A stretch of DNA of 64,000 nucleotides from Polyangiaceae bacterium (GCA_035063585.1 JAPSGB010000009.1:32001-96000); one strand, 5' to 3'. Positions 48,958 to 60,589 are shown, counted from the first letter of the stretch. The notes: generated by a model from the letters alone, not told the origin. Program-made: numbers and translations.

Positions 48958-50798
48958 CAGCCGGCCTTCGAGAGCTCCGCCATGGCGGCCGCCCCGGCGC
49001 CGACCGAGCTGGCCGCGTTCGCCGCTCGGCGGGCCCCGGCGCAGTCGCCGTTGAAGGCGCGCGTCCGCACCACCGCCGGCGCGCCGCTGCGGATCCGCGA
49101 GAGCGCAGAAGCCTGGGCCGACGCGCTCCCGCCCGTCGACTTACAGGTGTGATACATCGCGACCGCGCCTTCGGTGTTGGAGGAGGCCATGCCGCTCGCG
49201 GCCGCGCACGCGGCGTCGCCGGTCGGGCCGCTCGGCGCCGGCGGCTTGGGCTGCACGGTCGGGGTGGGGTTCGGCGGCGTGATGCGCGGCGGGAGCTTGA
49301 TGGACGGCGCGGTGGTCGCGGGCGGCGGCGCGGTGGTCGCGGGCGGCGGCGCGGTGGTCGCGGGCGGCGGCGCGGTGGTCGCGGGCGGCGGCGCGGTCGT
49401 CGCGGGCGGCGGCGCGGTGGGCTTCGAAGCCGGCGGCCTCGGCTTCGCGGTGACCACCGGCAGAGGAGCGGTGCTCACCGGCGCCTCTGGCTCGAGCCGC
49501 TCGGGACTCTCCACGAGCGGCGCGACGCTGGTCTCCGGCGGCGGAGCGTCGCTCGCCAGCGCGAGCGGCTGAGGCTCGGCCGGAGGGCGGAGCGGCAGGA
49601 ACGCGAAGGCGGCGATGAGCGCGCCCACCAGCAACAGCGCGCCGAGGGCGGCGAACCACCCTCGCCGGCTCGAGCGCGGCCGGCGCAGGATCGGCGCCGG
49701 CATCACCGGTGCGGCCATCGCGGACGCGGTGCGGACCGCCGGCGCGAACGCCACCGGCCCGGCCGCGGTCGCGCCGGAGCGGAGCGGCAGCGGCGCGTCC
49801 ATCGGCGAGGTGGTGGGGGCGAGCGCACCTTGCGTGGCGCCCGCGACGTTCGGCAGCGCCTGGTCACCGGTGAGTTCACGATAGAACTCGAGCGCGGTAG
49901 AAGGGCGATCGTCACGGTTCTTGGCGAGCGCGCGCATCACGGCGAAAACCACGCTCGGCGGGAACTCGAGCCCGGGGAAGGTGCCGAGCGGCCGCGGCGG
50001 CTCGGTCATGTGCTTGTGCGCCCATTGCCACGGGGAGTCCGCCACGAACGGGAGCTGCCCGGTCAGCATCTCGTAGGCGATGACCGCGAGCGAGTAGAGG
50101 TCACTCCGCCCGTCGAGCGGCTCTCCGGCGAGCTGCTCGGGGCTCATGTACGGCGGCGTGCCGAGCACGGTGCCCTGCTGCGTGAGCTTGGTCTGGCGAT
50201 CTCCAGCCGGCCCGGTTCGGGTCGCGATGCCGAAGTCGAGGAGCTTCACGAAGTCCGGATCGCCCGCCCGCTCGGTGAGGATGATGTTGTCCGGCTTGAG
50301 ATCGCGGTGGACGATGCCGAGGCCGTGCGCCTCCTCGAGGGCGCCGCACACTTGCCGGAGGATGTCGAGCGCGCGAGGCACCGGCATCGGGCCTCGGCCG
50401 AGCACGTCGGTGAGCGCGACGCCATCGACGTACTCCATCGCGATGTAGAGCGCGCCGTCCGGCGTCTCGCCAAAATCGTAGAAGCGGATGGTGTTCGGGT
50501 GCTCGAGCTGGGAGACGGTGCCGCACTCGCGATAAAACCGCGAGACGAGCGTGTGATCGTGCGAGAGCTCGGGTAGGAGCGTCTTGATCGCGACCTTGCG
50601 GAGGTGCGACCCCATCCGCTGGTCGGCCTCGTAGACCACTCCCATCCCGCCCTCGCCGATGACGCGACGGACCAAATAGCGACCGCCGAGCATCTGCCCG
50701 ACCAGCCCGTGCGGTTCCGGCGCCGCGAGGAGCGCGCCGCACTTCGAGCAGAAGCGCGCCTCCTCGGGGTTCGTCTTGCCACAGGCCGGGCAGTCCAT
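48954..50798 (-). CDS. Membrane Ser/Thr protein kinase with an N-terminal zinc ribbon
   Basis: CPAC…CSKC, IGEGGMG, HRDLKPDN, DFG and GTPPYMSPE, followed by a TM segment and a Pro/Thr stalk. Confidence 0.95.
   Translation of the reverse strand: MDCPACGKTNPEEARFCSKCGALLAAPEPHGLVGQMLGGRYLVRRVIGEGGMGVVYEADQRMGSHLRKVAIKTLLPELSHDHTLVSRFYRECGTVSQLEHPNTIRFYDFGETPDGALYIAMEYVDGVALTDVLGRGPMPVPRALDILRQVCGALEEAHGLGIVHRDLKPDNIILTERAGDPDFVKLLDFGIATRTGPAGDRQTKLTQQGTVLGTPPYMSPEQLAGEPLDGRSDLYSLAVIAYEMLTGQLPFVADSPWQWAHKHMTEPPRPLGTFPGLEFPPSVVFAVMRALAKNRDDRPSTALEFYRELTGDQALPNVAGATQGALAPTTSPMDAPLPLRSGATAAGPVAFAPAVRTASAMAAPVMPAPILRRPRSSRRGWFAALGALLLVGALIAAFAFLPLRPPAEPQPLALASDAPPPETSVAPLVESPERLEPEAPVSTAPLPVVTAKPRPPASKPTAPPPATTAPPPATTAPPPATTAPPPATTAPPPATTAPSIKLPPRITPPNPTPTVQPKPPAPSGPTGDAACAAASGMASSNTEGAVAMYHTCKSTGGSASAQASALSRIRSGAPAVVRTRAFNGDCAGARRAANAASSVGAGAAAMAELSKAGC
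49306..49410. repeat. 21-bp coding tandem repeat x5 (PPATTAP)
   Basis: GGCGCGGTGGTCGCGGGCGGC units. Four are perfect and one has a single substitution. Confidence 0.92.
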
Positions 50799-50932
50799 GA
50801 ATCCTCAGACGATCGAGCCACACGCCGCGAAGGTCGCCAACCTTCCCGTACTGACGGATGCCGCCGACCGGCGATCTGTTGGGCGTGAGCTCGAAATGGG
50901 TCAACCTCGGACCGGGGAGCGCCCCCGTCCGA

Positions 50933-51424
50933 CTACTTCTTGTCGTCCTTCTTGACGGTGAGGTCGACCGGCCAGGTCAGGGTCTTCTCCTCGCCGACGT
51001 AGGTCGGGACGATGACCGCGCCATAGGCGTTGAGCACGCACTTTCCGAGCTCGGTCCCATCGAACGGCGCGTCGATGGTGGCCGACTTCACGTGGCCGTC
51101 GTTCTTGAAGGTGATGGTGACGGTCGCCTGCCCCTCGGGGCCTGCCTGGGTCACCACCCCGACGCAGCTCACCGCGGAGCGCGTCGCGCGCTGCAGCTCG
51201 AGCTTGGCCTGCTTGTCATCGAACTGCGCCTTCTTCTCGAGGTCCGTCTCGCCCTCGACGTCACCGGACGAGTCGTCCCCCGGTTGGCGCGAGGCCGACT
51301 CGTCGGCGAGTTCTTCCTGCTCTGCGACAAGCTCGTCGGGCGACTTGATGTGACCGCCGCCGTACGACGGCCCGCACGCCGAGAGCGTCACTCCGATCAG
51401 ACATCCCATCCACGCGGCTCGCAT
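50933..51424 (-). CDS. Lipoprotein with an AgmX/PglI-like (TonB-C-like) C-terminal domain
   Basis: LSAC lipobox and C…VTITFKNDGHV…GTELGKCV…F-like pattern. Confidence 0.65.
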   Translation of the reverse strand: MRAAWMGCLIGVTLSACGPSYGGGHIKSPDELVAEQEELADESASRQPGDDSSGDVEGETDLEKKAQFDDKQAKLELQRATRSAVSCVGVVTQAGPEGQATVTITFKNDGHVKSATIDAPFDGTELGKCVLNAYGAVIVPTYVGEEKTLTWPVDLTVKKDDKK

Positions 51425-51528
51425 GGCTCGGATCCTACTCGACCGGGCCCGGCCGTCAAAACTCGCGCCGCCGAACCGCGAGATTCCGCGCCGGGCCGGC
51501 ACCCCCCCGGCTCCGGAGCTCAGGCGAG

Positions 51529-52893
<1,365 letters not shown>

Positions 52894-52927
52894 TGTGCAA
52901 AAAATGCTAGCCTGCGAGTCCCTGGCC

Positions 52928-52941
52928 CGCAATCTATTGCG
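52928..52941. promoter_or_regulatory. Inverted repeat CGCAAT-ct-ATTGCG, candidate operator
   Basis: Perfect 6-bp arms in an AT-richer divergent intergenic region. Confidence 0.35.
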
Positions 52942-53098
52942 TCTCCGGGCGTAGAAATCGTACTTCAGCGAATCTAATAGGGAATGTCGGCTCGACGCGG
53001 CCGGCGTCGCGGGCGGGCCGGCGCCGGTCCGCGACGACGGCTCGCGGGAAGCGCCACGCTCATTTCCGCCCGCTCACCGCCGCTGATAGGAACCCCCC

Positions 53099-54313
53099 AT
53101 GCTCTCCGGCATCGACCAACTCCACGGCTCGTCCCTCTCGAATCTCCGGCGGCGGCTGCGCGACGCGCGCGTCGGCGTGCTCACCCACGCCGCGACGCTC
53201 GATCGGCGCGGGCGCGGCACGCTCGCGGTGCTCGAGGAGCTCGGCGCGGGCCCGTCGGTGATCTTCTCGCCCGAGCACGGGCTCGCCGGGGCCGCGCAGG
53301 CGTTCGAGGCGGTCGCGGGCTCGGGCGAGGCGACCTCCGGCCCCGCCGTCGTGAGCCTCTACGGCGCCGAGCGCGCGTCGCTCACGCCGTCTGCCGAGCA
53401 TCTCGCGCAGCTCGATCTCCTCGTGATCGATCTCGCCGACGTCGGCAGCCGCTACTACACCTACGTCTGGTCCGCGCTGCTCGCGCTCCGGGCCGCGGCC
53501 GCCGCGGGCGTCCACACTGTCGTGCTCGATCGGCCGAACCCGATCTCGGGGGATCCCGAGACGCTCGAGGGCGCGCCGCAAGCGGACGGGTTCCTCTCCT
53601 TCGTCGGGCTCGAGCCGCTCCCCATCCGCCACGCGCACACCCTCGGCGAGCTCCTCGCGCGCTTCGCCGAGAGCGGCGGGCTCGCGCTCGGCGCAGAAGG
53701 CGCGCTGTCAGTGGTGCCCACGCGCGGGTGGGAGCGCCACCGCACCGCGGAGGCGTGGAGCCGGCCGTTCATCCCGCCGTCGCCCAACATGCCGACCCTC
53801 GAGACCGCGCTCGTCTACCCGGGCGCTTGCCTGCTCGAGGGCACGAGCCTCTCCGAGGGTCGCGGCACGACGACGCCGTTTCAAATGGTCGGCGCGCCGC
53901 ACCTCGACGGCGCGGCGCTCGCCGCGCGCCTCACCGAGTCCGGGGTGGTCGGCGCGCTGGTGAGGCCGGTGAGCTTCATCCCTACCTTCGACAAGTTCGC
54001 CGGCCAGCTCTGCCACGGCGTCATGCTCCACGTGACGAGCGCGGCGCTCTTCCGGCCCGTCGCCGCCTACCTTCGCCTGATCGCGTTCGCGCGCGAGCAG
54101 GCGCCCGAGCGCTTCGCGTTCCGCACCGAGCCGTACGAGTTCGAGACCGAAATCCCAGCCTTCGACCTCCTCACCGGCTCGGGCGCGGCGCGCCAGGCGC
54201 TCGAAGGCGGCCGGAGCGCGGACGAGCTCGTCGAGCTGGTCGCGCCGGTCGATCCGTCGTGGAAGGACGCCGTGCGCGAGGCCGAGGCGCGCCTCGAGCG
54301 GGCGCAGGCCTGA
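53099..54313 (+). CDS. DUF1343 / NamZ exo-beta-N-acetylmuramidase family
   Basis: FSPEHG, VSLYG, DVGSRYYTY, LDRPNP, PPSPNMPT and SEGRGTTTPF. Confidence 0.92.
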   Translation: MLSGIDQLHGSSLSNLRRRLRDARVGVLTHAATLDRRGRGTLAVLEELGAGPSVIFSPEHGLAGAAQAFEAVAGSGEATSGPAVVSLYGAERASLTPSAEHLAQLDLLVIDLADVGSRYYTYVWSALLALRAAAAAGVHTVVLDRPNPISGDPETLEGAPQADGFLSFVGLEPLPIRHAHTLGELLARFAESGGLALGAEGALSVVPTRGWERHRTAEAWSRPFIPPSPNMPTLETALVYPGACLLEGTSLSEGRGTTTPFQMVGAPHLDGAALAARLTESGVVGALVRPVSFIPTFDKFAGQLCHGVMLHVTSAALFRPVAAYLRLIAFAREQAPERFAFRTEPYEFETEIPAFDLLTGSGAARQALEGGRSADELVELVAPVDPSWKDAVREAEARLERAQA

Positions 54314-54334
54314 GCCTCCCTCGGAGCGCGAAGC

Positions 54335-55558
54335 TCAGCGCTCGGCGCGGATCGACGCCCCCGGCGACACGCCACGGACCTCGACGTAGCGCTCGTCGGC
54401 GGCGCCGAGCTCGACGGGAGCGTCGCGGAAGAGCAGCCCGCCTGCGACGCTGACCGTCGCTCGTCCGTCGTGCACGCGGATCGCGCTCCGCGGCACCCGC
54501 GCGCTCACGCGCTCCGACGGAAGCACAATTCGCACCTCCACGCGCTGCCCGATGGGCAGCCCACCCTCCACGCTCGGACCCCATTTCGGCTCGATCCACG
54601 CGCTCCGCACCCAGCCCTCGCCGCGCTCGCGCGCGTCGGCTGCGCCGATGGTGCGCCGCTGGAGCTGCGCGCCGACCCGAGTGAGCTTGCCGGTGCCGAG
54701 CGCGCCGCGCCCGCCCGGCCAGGTGATGGTCACCGGCAGCCCGGCGCGGATCCGCATCGCGTCGATCTCCTCGACCTCGGCATGGAGCTCGGTGCGCGAA
54801 GGATCGGCGATCTCGAAGGCGATGGTGCCGCCCATGCGCGCGTTGGCGATGACGTCGCCCTCGTCGATGCGCCGCTCGAGCACCACGCCGTCCATCGGCG
54901 ACTCGAGCCGCGTCCAGTCGAGCTCGTGGCGCGCGGCGTCGATGGTCGCCTGAGCCGCGTCCGCCCGCGCCTTGGCGGCGCTGATGTCCACGGCGCGCGC
55001 GCCGCGCCCCGCGAGCCGCCGGCGCGCGCGCGCCGCGTCCACCCGCGCGCGCGCGATCTCCTCGGAGCGCCGCGAGCCGTCGAGGATTTCCTGGGTCACG
55101 GCGCCCGAGCCGAGCAGCTTCTCGTCACGAGCACGGCGATCGGTGGCCGCCGCGAGCTCGTGCTCGGCCGCGCGGACCTCGGCGTCGAGCGCGGCGCGCT
55201 CCTCGGGGCGCGCGCCGGCCGCGAGCGCACGCTCGGTCATCACCAGCGAGCGGTGCTCCGCCTCCCGCCGGGCGAGCTCATCGCTCGCGGTGTCCGCCAC
55301 GAGCTCGGCGAGGAGCTCGCCCTTCTTGACGAGATCACCCTCGCGGACCAGCACGCGGCTCACCTTCCCGTCGATGCGCGCGACCACGTGCGCGATCCCG
55401 TCGATCGGCACCACCACGGCGCGAGCCACCACGCGCTGCTCGACCTCGCCGGACTCGACCGTCACGGTCTGCGCGGCCACTCGCTGAATGACCACCGCGC
55501 CGAGCGACACGCCGGCGATCGCGCCGGCGACCAGCGTCACCTTCAGCCACGTCTTCAT
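54335..55558 (-). CDS. HlyD/DevB-like membrane fusion protein
   Basis: N-terminal TM segment, VLVREGDLVKKGELLA, coiled coil and SPMDGVV. Confidence 0.9.
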   Translation of the reverse strand: MKTWLKVTLVAGAIAGVSLGAVVIQRVAAQTVTVESGEVEQRVVARAVVVPIDGIAHVVARIDGKVSRVLVREGDLVKKGELLAELVADTASDELARREAEHRSLVMTERALAAGARPEERAALDAEVRAAEHELAAATDRRARDEKLLGSGAVTQEILDGSRRSEEIARARVDAARARRRLAGRGARAVDISAAKARADAAQATIDAARHELDWTRLESPMDGVVLERRIDEGDVIANARMGGTIAFEIADPSRTELHAEVEEIDAMRIRAGLPVTITWPGGRGALGTGKLTRVGAQLQRRTIGAADARERGEGWVRSAWIEPKWGPSVEGGLPIGQRVEVRIVLPSERVSARVPRSAIRVHDGRATVSVAGGLLFRDAPVELGAADERYVEVRGVSPGASIRAER

Positions 55559-56238
55559 GCCGCAATCTCCGTCTGGATGCGCCCGTCCTCGATGTGGATG
55601 ACGCGGTCGGCGTACTGCTCGAGCCGGCGGTCGTGCGTGACGATGAGGATGCCGCGCTCCTGGGCGACCTGCTCACGCAAGAGTTCCATCACGCTCATCG
55701 CGGTGCTGGTGTCGAGCGCCGCGGTGACCTCGTCGCCGAGCACGAGCGAGGGCTCACCGGCGAGGGCGCGCGCGATGGCGACCCGCTGCTTCTGCCCGCC
55801 GGAGAGCTCGGACGGGCGGTGGTGCATGCGGTCGCCGAGCCCGACCCGCTCGAGCGCCCGACTCGCGCGGTCCCGCGCCGCGCCGATCGGCTCCCCCTTC
55901 AACCTCAAGACCTCGGCCACGTTGTCGAGCGCGGTGAGCGCAGGGAAGAGATTATAGGTCTGAAAGATGAAGCCGAGGTGGTCGCGACGCACGCGGGTGA
56001 CCTCGCGCTCGGCGAGCCCGGAGATGCGCTTTCCGCAGAGCTCGACCTCTCCCGTGGTGGCGCGGAGGAGGCCGGCGAGGATACTGATGAGCGTGGTCTT
56101 GCCGGAGCCCGAGGGCCCCATCAAGAGGACGAGCTCACCCGCGCGCATCTCCATCGTGATCCCGTGAAGCACCGGGGTCGCGAGCGCGCCCTTGCCGTAC
56201 ACCTTGGTGACGTTCTCGGTGCGGACCAGGATGCTCAC
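55555..56238 (-). CDS. ABC transporter ATP-binding protein (DevA/LolD-like)
   Basis: GPSGSGKTT, LSGGQKQRVAIARA, DEVTAALD and VTHD. Confidence 0.95.
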   Translation of the reverse strand: MSILVRTENVTKVYGKGALATPVLHGITMEMRAGELVLLMGPSGSGKTTLISILAGLLRATTGEVELCGKRISGLAEREVTRVRRDHLGFIFQTYNLFPALTALDNVAEVLRLKGEPIGAARDRASRALERVGLGDRMHHRPSELSGGQKQRVAIARALAGEPSLVLGDEVTAALDTSTAMSVMELLREQVAQERGILIVTHDRRLEQYADRVIHIEDGRIQTEIAA

Positions 56239-57359
56239 TGGAACACCTCTGCGGCCTCGAGCTCGAGCACGGCACGGATGCTGCCCAGGCTGGCGACCGC
56301 GCACATCGTGAGGACGGCGCCGCACCCCACGGTGAGCACCAGCCGGTCGAGCACGATGAAGAGGCCGTGCCGAGCGGCGAGCGCCTGCACGGAGAAGGCC
56401 ATCACGACGCCGAGCCCGCCGCCCACGACCGCGAGGAACGCCGCCTGCCACGCGACGAAGCGCACGATCTCGTTCGGGTGCGCGCCGATCGCCTTCAGCG
56501 TGGCAAGCTCGCGGAGGTGCTCCTTGGTCACGGCGTAGAGAGTCTGCCCGACGATGACCACGCCGACCACCAACCCGAGGATGGCGCTGAAGCCGAGCGC
56601 GGTCCCCGCGCCGGAGCCGCTCACCCAATAGTGCTCGGTCATCTTGCGAAACTCGTCGGTCGTGTACGCATCGAGATCCGGGTGACGAGCCACGCTCTCG
56701 ATCACATCCGTCGCGCACGACGGCCGCTCCAGATCGACCACCCAGTAGGTCGCTTGGCCGTCGCTCATGTTCGCGACCCGCCGCGCCGTCTCGTTCTCGG
56801 CGAAGAGATAGGGTGAGAGTGTGAACGAGCGGATCCCCTCGGTGACCGCCGCGACATACACCTGCTCGGATCCTACTCGGAGCGAGGTACCGATCGCCTC
56901 GCCGTCGATGGCGAGCTTCGCGAAGTCGAGGTCATCGACCGAGACGCGCGCGGGCCCGTGCAGGTCTTGCGGCAACCCGCGGCGCAGATTCCACGGCATG
57001 GCCGGGCCGAGCCCCGGGTCGTAGCCGATGATCTGCACCGCATCGAGGCTGCCGTCCGGTTTTCGGAGCGGCATGAACGCGATGATGACCGCGCGCACCG
57101 TCTTCACGCAGGGGTGCGCCGCGAGCAGATCGCGAGTGCCCGCGCTCATACGCTCGCCGTTGTCGAGCACGCGAGTGCCCTTGGCCATCACCCACACGTC
57201 GCCGCCGGCATGGCGAATGAGCGACGACGACGTCTCGAGGAACCCGAAGTAGAGCCCGATCTGCGCGAGCGCGAGGGTCGCCGCGAAGGCCACCCCAGCG
57301 AGCGACGCGACGAGCTTGCCGCGATCGTAGGCGAGGGTCAGGAGCGCGATTCGGAACAC
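56235..57359 (-). CDS. ABC transporter permease (DevC/FtsX-like)
   Basis: SLAGVAFA…QIGLYFGF, VIVGQTLY and ATLKAIGA. Confidence 0.9.
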   Translation of the reverse strand: MFRIALLTLAYDRGKLVASLAGVAFAATLALAQIGLYFGFLETSSSLIRHAGGDVWVMAKGTRVLDNGERMSAGTRDLLAAHPCVKTVRAVIIAFMPLRKPDGSLDAVQIIGYDPGLGPAMPWNLRRGLPQDLHGPARVSVDDLDFAKLAIDGEAIGTSLRVGSEQVYVAAVTEGIRSFTLSPYLFAENETARRVANMSDGQATYWVVDLERPSCATDVIESVARHPDLDAYTTDEFRKMTEHYWVSGSGAGTALGFSAILGLVVGVVIVGQTLYAVTKEHLRELATLKAIGAHPNEIVRFVAWQAAFLAVVGGGLGVVMAFSVQALAARHGLFIVLDRLVLTVGCGAVLTMCAVASLGSIRAVLELEAAEVFQ

Positions 57360-57478
57360 GAGGGCGCGGGAGGATACGATGGACCGTCCGGACGCGCCCG
57401 CCCCGGGACGCGGCGCGCCACCGCCCGCATGACGGATTTCAGCCGCCGGGGTCTGCGTCTACGCGAAGCACGCTCGCC

Positions 57479-58489
57479 TCACGGCGTGCACACGCCGAGC
57501 CAAGCCGGGGTGCCCACGGCCGTGCAGGTCTGCCCCGAAGGACAGCCGCCCAGCCCGGGCGCGCCGCCCACGGTGCCGGCGGAGGGCGCGCCCGCGTCGC
57601 TCAGCTTGCAGAGCCAGCGGCACGCCGCGCCGGCGGAGTCCCCCCAGCAGAACTGCGAATCCATGCAGTCATTCAGGAATTTGCACGGCTTCCCCTCGGT
57701 CGTGCCGCCATCGGCGTCGTAGTTCGGGAAGCTGCAGGCGAACTCGCGTCCGTCATAGTGGCAGTCCGTCTCGGGGCCGGACGCGGGGCAGCCGTGCTCC
57801 CAGGGCGTGCACGCGACGGGAAAGGTGCACACCGTCATCGAGGCTGCGCCGTCGTCATAGCTCACCGTCATGTTGCAACGCCCCTGGGCCCCGCAGAGTG
57901 TCGACTCGTCTGCGCCGCAGCACGGCCGCGAGCACTTGGCGAGCACGCAGCGGAGCCCCGGCGCGCACTCGCCATGGCTCCCGCACGAATCGCCGAGCGC
58001 CTTGCCGCCTCGACCGAGCGTCTGGCACTCGGTGCGCCACCCGCCGCCGTCGCCGCTCGCGATCCCGCAGGTGAGCCCGCTCGGGCAGTCCTGCGCCGCG
58101 AGGCTGCACTCGCCGGTCGTCACGTTCGAGACCTCCGACGGCGCACAACTCCTCGGGCCGTCGGCGGAGGCGTCGGACGAGCCGCCGCCCGTCCCGCCGC
58201 TCGACGGCGCCCCGCCTGCATCACCCGAGCCCGCGCCGCCACTCCCGCTCCCCGAGCCGCCGCTGCTCGAGCCCGCATCGCCGCAGCCCTGGCACGCGCC
58301 GTAGCTTGCGCCATTGTCGCTGCACACTTGAAATCCTTCGACACCGCCCCCGCACGCGCACGCCTTCTGTTCGCCGGGTGTGCAGGCCGGAGCGCCGGAG
58401 TCCGACGAGCCGCCATTCGAGCAGCCGAGCGGCAGCGCCCACGCGAAGATCCCGAAGGCGAGAGCACCGAGCGCGCGCCGCGTCGTCAT
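57479..58489 (-). CDS. Cys-rich lipoprotein of unknown function
   Basis: PLGC lipobox, CTPGEQKACAC…QVC, Gly/Ser linker and many small Cys knots. Confidence 0.8.
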   Translation of the reverse strand: MTTRRALGALAFGIFAWALPLGCSNGGSSDSGAPACTPGEQKACACGGGVEGFQVCSDNGASYGACQGCGDAGSSSGGSGSGSGGAGSGDAGGAPSSGGTGGGSSDASADGPRSCAPSEVSNVTTGECSLAAQDCPSGLTCGIASGDGGGWRTECQTLGRGGKALGDSCGSHGECAPGLRCVLAKCSRPCCGADESTLCGAQGRCNMTVSYDDGAASMTVCTFPVACTPWEHGCPASGPETDCHYDGREFACSFPNYDADGGTTEGKPCKFLNDCMDSQFCWGDSAGAACRWLCKLSDAGAPSAGTVGGAPGLGGCPSGQTCTAVGTPAWLGVCTP

Positions 58490-58561
58490 GGCGCCATGAT
58501 ACCGTCATGCGCCCGCGCCGGAGAGTAGATATCGACCCGGCGCCACGCTCTGCGAGGATGC

Positions 58562-59203
58562 ATGGAAAATCGCGACCACTGGGACGACCTCTACGCCTCG
58601 AAGGGCGCTACCCAGCCGAGCTTTTTTGCGCCGCACCTCACGCGCTCGCTCGACTTCCTCGAGCGAGCCGGGCTCCACGCTGACGCGAGCGTCATCGATG
58701 TCGGCGGCGGGGCCTCGACGCTCGTGGACGATCTCCTCGCGCGCGGTGTCCATCGTGTCACGGTCGCCGATCTCTCCGAGCGTGCGCTCGACCTCAGCCG
58801 CGCGCGGCTCGGAGCGCGCGCCGAGCACGTGACCTGGCTCGCGGGCGACGTCACCGCGCTCGAGCTCCCGCCGGCGAGCTTCGACTTCTGGCACGATCGC
58901 GCGACATTTCACTTTCTCGTGAGCCCGGCGAGCCGCGCGGCCTATTGCGCCCGGCTCGCCGCCGCAGTGAAGCCGGGCGGCGGCGTGGTCGTCGCCAGCT
59001 TCGCGCCGGACGGCCCCGAGCGGTGCTGCGGGCTCCCCGTGCGTCGCTACTCCGCCGATGCGCTCGCCGCCGAGCTGCGCGCCGATTTCACGCTCGAGGG
59101 CGCGGCGCGCGAGGCGCACCGCACCCCCACCGGCGCGACGCAGCCGTTCCTCTACGCCTGGTTTCGCCGGCGTGGCACGAGCGCCCCGCGCGGCTCGTCG
59201 TAG
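58562..59203 (+). CDS. Class I SAM-dependent methyltransferase
   Basis: HWDDLY, IDVGGGAS, WHDRATFHFL and FAPDGPERC. Confidence 0.92.
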   Translation: MENRDHWDDLYASKGATQPSFFAPHLTRSLDFLERAGLHADASVIDVGGGASTLVDDLLARGVHRVTVADLSERALDLSRARLGARAEHVTWLAGDVTALELPPASFDFWHDRATFHFLVSPASRAAYCARLAAAVKPGGGVVVASFAPDGPERCCGLPVRRYSADALAAELRADFTLEGAAREAHRTPTGATQPFLYAWFRRRGTSAPRGSS

Positions 59204-59229
59204 TCTTGAAGGGGCTGGGGTCGGTCCGT

Positions 59230-59257
59230 CGCGGCCGGCGCCGCGCCGCGGCTTTTT
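59230..59257 (+). terminator. Possible intrinsic terminator
   Basis: CGCGGC/GCCGCG stem followed by GC-TTTTT, downstream of the methyltransferase stop. Confidence 0.3.
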
Positions 59258-59294
59258 GCGCTCGCCGCCCCGCGCGCTAGAAGGCGGCTCGACC

Positions 59295-59960
59295 ATGCTG
59301 CTCCCGCGCCGCCCCAGCCACGTGATCTTCGACCTCGACGGAGTGCTCCTCGACACCGAGCCGCTCTACACGCGCTCGACGCAGCAGGTGCTCGACGAGT
59401 TCGGCAAGCGGTTCGACTGGTCGGTGAAGGCCGACATGATCGGGCGGAGCTCGCTCGAGGGCGCGCGCCACCTCGTGCGCGCGCTCGCGCTCCCGCTCTC
59501 GCCGGAGGAGTACCTCGCCCGCCGAAAACCCATCCTCGACGCGATGCTCCCGTCTGCCGTCGAGATCCCGGGCGCCAGCGCGTTCGTGGCGAGGCTCGGC
59601 GAGCACGGTGTGCCGATGGTGGTCGCCACCAGCGGCGAGCGGGCGCTCACCGAGCTGAAGGTCGGCTCGCACGGGTGGTTCGCGCGCTTTCAGCGCATCA
59701 TCTCGGGGGACGATCCGCGCGTTCACGCGCTCAAGCCTTCGCCAGACATCTTCCTGGTCGCGGCAGAAGAGCTCGGCGCCGCGCCGCGCGACTGCCTCGT
59801 GTTCGAGGACTCGCTCGCGGGCGTCGCGGCCGCGCGGGCCGCCGGCATGCAGGTCGTGGCGCTCCCGGATCCGGAGATGGACGCCGCGCGCTACCACGAC
59901 GCCGATCTGGTGGCGCCCCGCGGCTACGCCGAGCTCACCCTCGAGGCGCTCGGGCTCTAG
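59295..59960 (+). CDS. HAD-IA phosphatase (HDHD1/pseudouridine-5'-phosphatase-like)
   Basis: FDLDGVLLDTE, VATS, GDDPRV…KPSPDIF and VFEDS. Confidence 0.88.
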   Translation: MLLPRRPSHVIFDLDGVLLDTEPLYTRSTQQVLDEFGKRFDWSVKADMIGRSSLEGARHLVRALALPLSPEEYLARRKPILDAMLPSAVEIPGASAFVARLGEHGVPMVVATSGERALTELKVGSHGWFARFQRIISGDDPRVHALKPSPDIFLVAAEELGAAPRDCLVFEDSLAGVAAARAAGMQVVALPDPEMDAARYHDADLVAPRGYAELTLEALGL

Positions 59961-60589
59961 GGCGCGCGCGCGTCGAGCGCGGCGAGCTCTTCGAGCGAGG
60001 TCGTGGTCACGTCGAGATCGCGCAGGAGCCCGTCCTTCAGCGCGTAGACCCAGCCGTGCACCGCGACCGGCTGCCCGCGTTGCCACGCGGCCTGCACGAT
60101 GGTGGTGTGGCAGGCGTTCCTCACCTGCGCCATGACGTTGAGCTCGCCGAGCCGGTTCACGCGCGCCTCCTCCGTCGGGAGCGCCATGAGCGCCGCCTCG
60201 TGGCGGAGCCAGAGCTTTCGGATCGGGCGGATCCAGTTGTCGACCAGGCCGGTGCGCGGGGGGTTCATCGCGGCGCCAGCGCCGCCGCAACCGTCGTGAC
60301 CGCACACGATGATGTGCCGCACGCCGAGCACGTCTACCGCGTACTGTATCACCGTGAGACAGTTCATGTCGGCGTGAACCACCAGGTTCGCGACGTTACG
60401 ATGAACGAAGAGCTCACCGGCGAGGAGCCCGACCACCTGATTGGCGGGCACGCGGCTGTCCGCGCAGCCAATCCAGAGGTACTCCGGCTTCTGAATCCGG
60501 CTGAGCTCCGTGAACGAGCCCGGATGCTTTCGTTCCTCTTCCGCCGCCCAGTGACGGTTCCCCTCGAAGAGCTTCGGCAAGATCCTCAT
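59957..60589 (-). CDS. can: Beta-class carbonic anhydrase
   Basis: WIGCADSRVP, FVHRNVAN, GHDGCGG and VHGWVY. Confidence 0.95.
   Translation of the reverse strand: MRILPKLFEGNRHWAAEEERKHPGSFTELSRIQKPEYLWIGCADSRVPANQVVGLLAGELFVHRNVANLVVHADMNCLTVIQYAVDVLGVRHIIVCGHDGCGGAGAAMNPPRTGLVDNWIRPIRKLWLRHEAALMALPTEEARVNRLGELNVMAQVRNACHTTIVQAAWQRGQPVAVHGWVYALKDGLLRDLDVTTTSLEELAALDARAP

Noticed and set aside
52915..52945. Sigma-54 -24/-12 promoter (TGGC…TTGC)
   Set aside because: The GG-to-GC spacing is 13 nt rather than the required 10.
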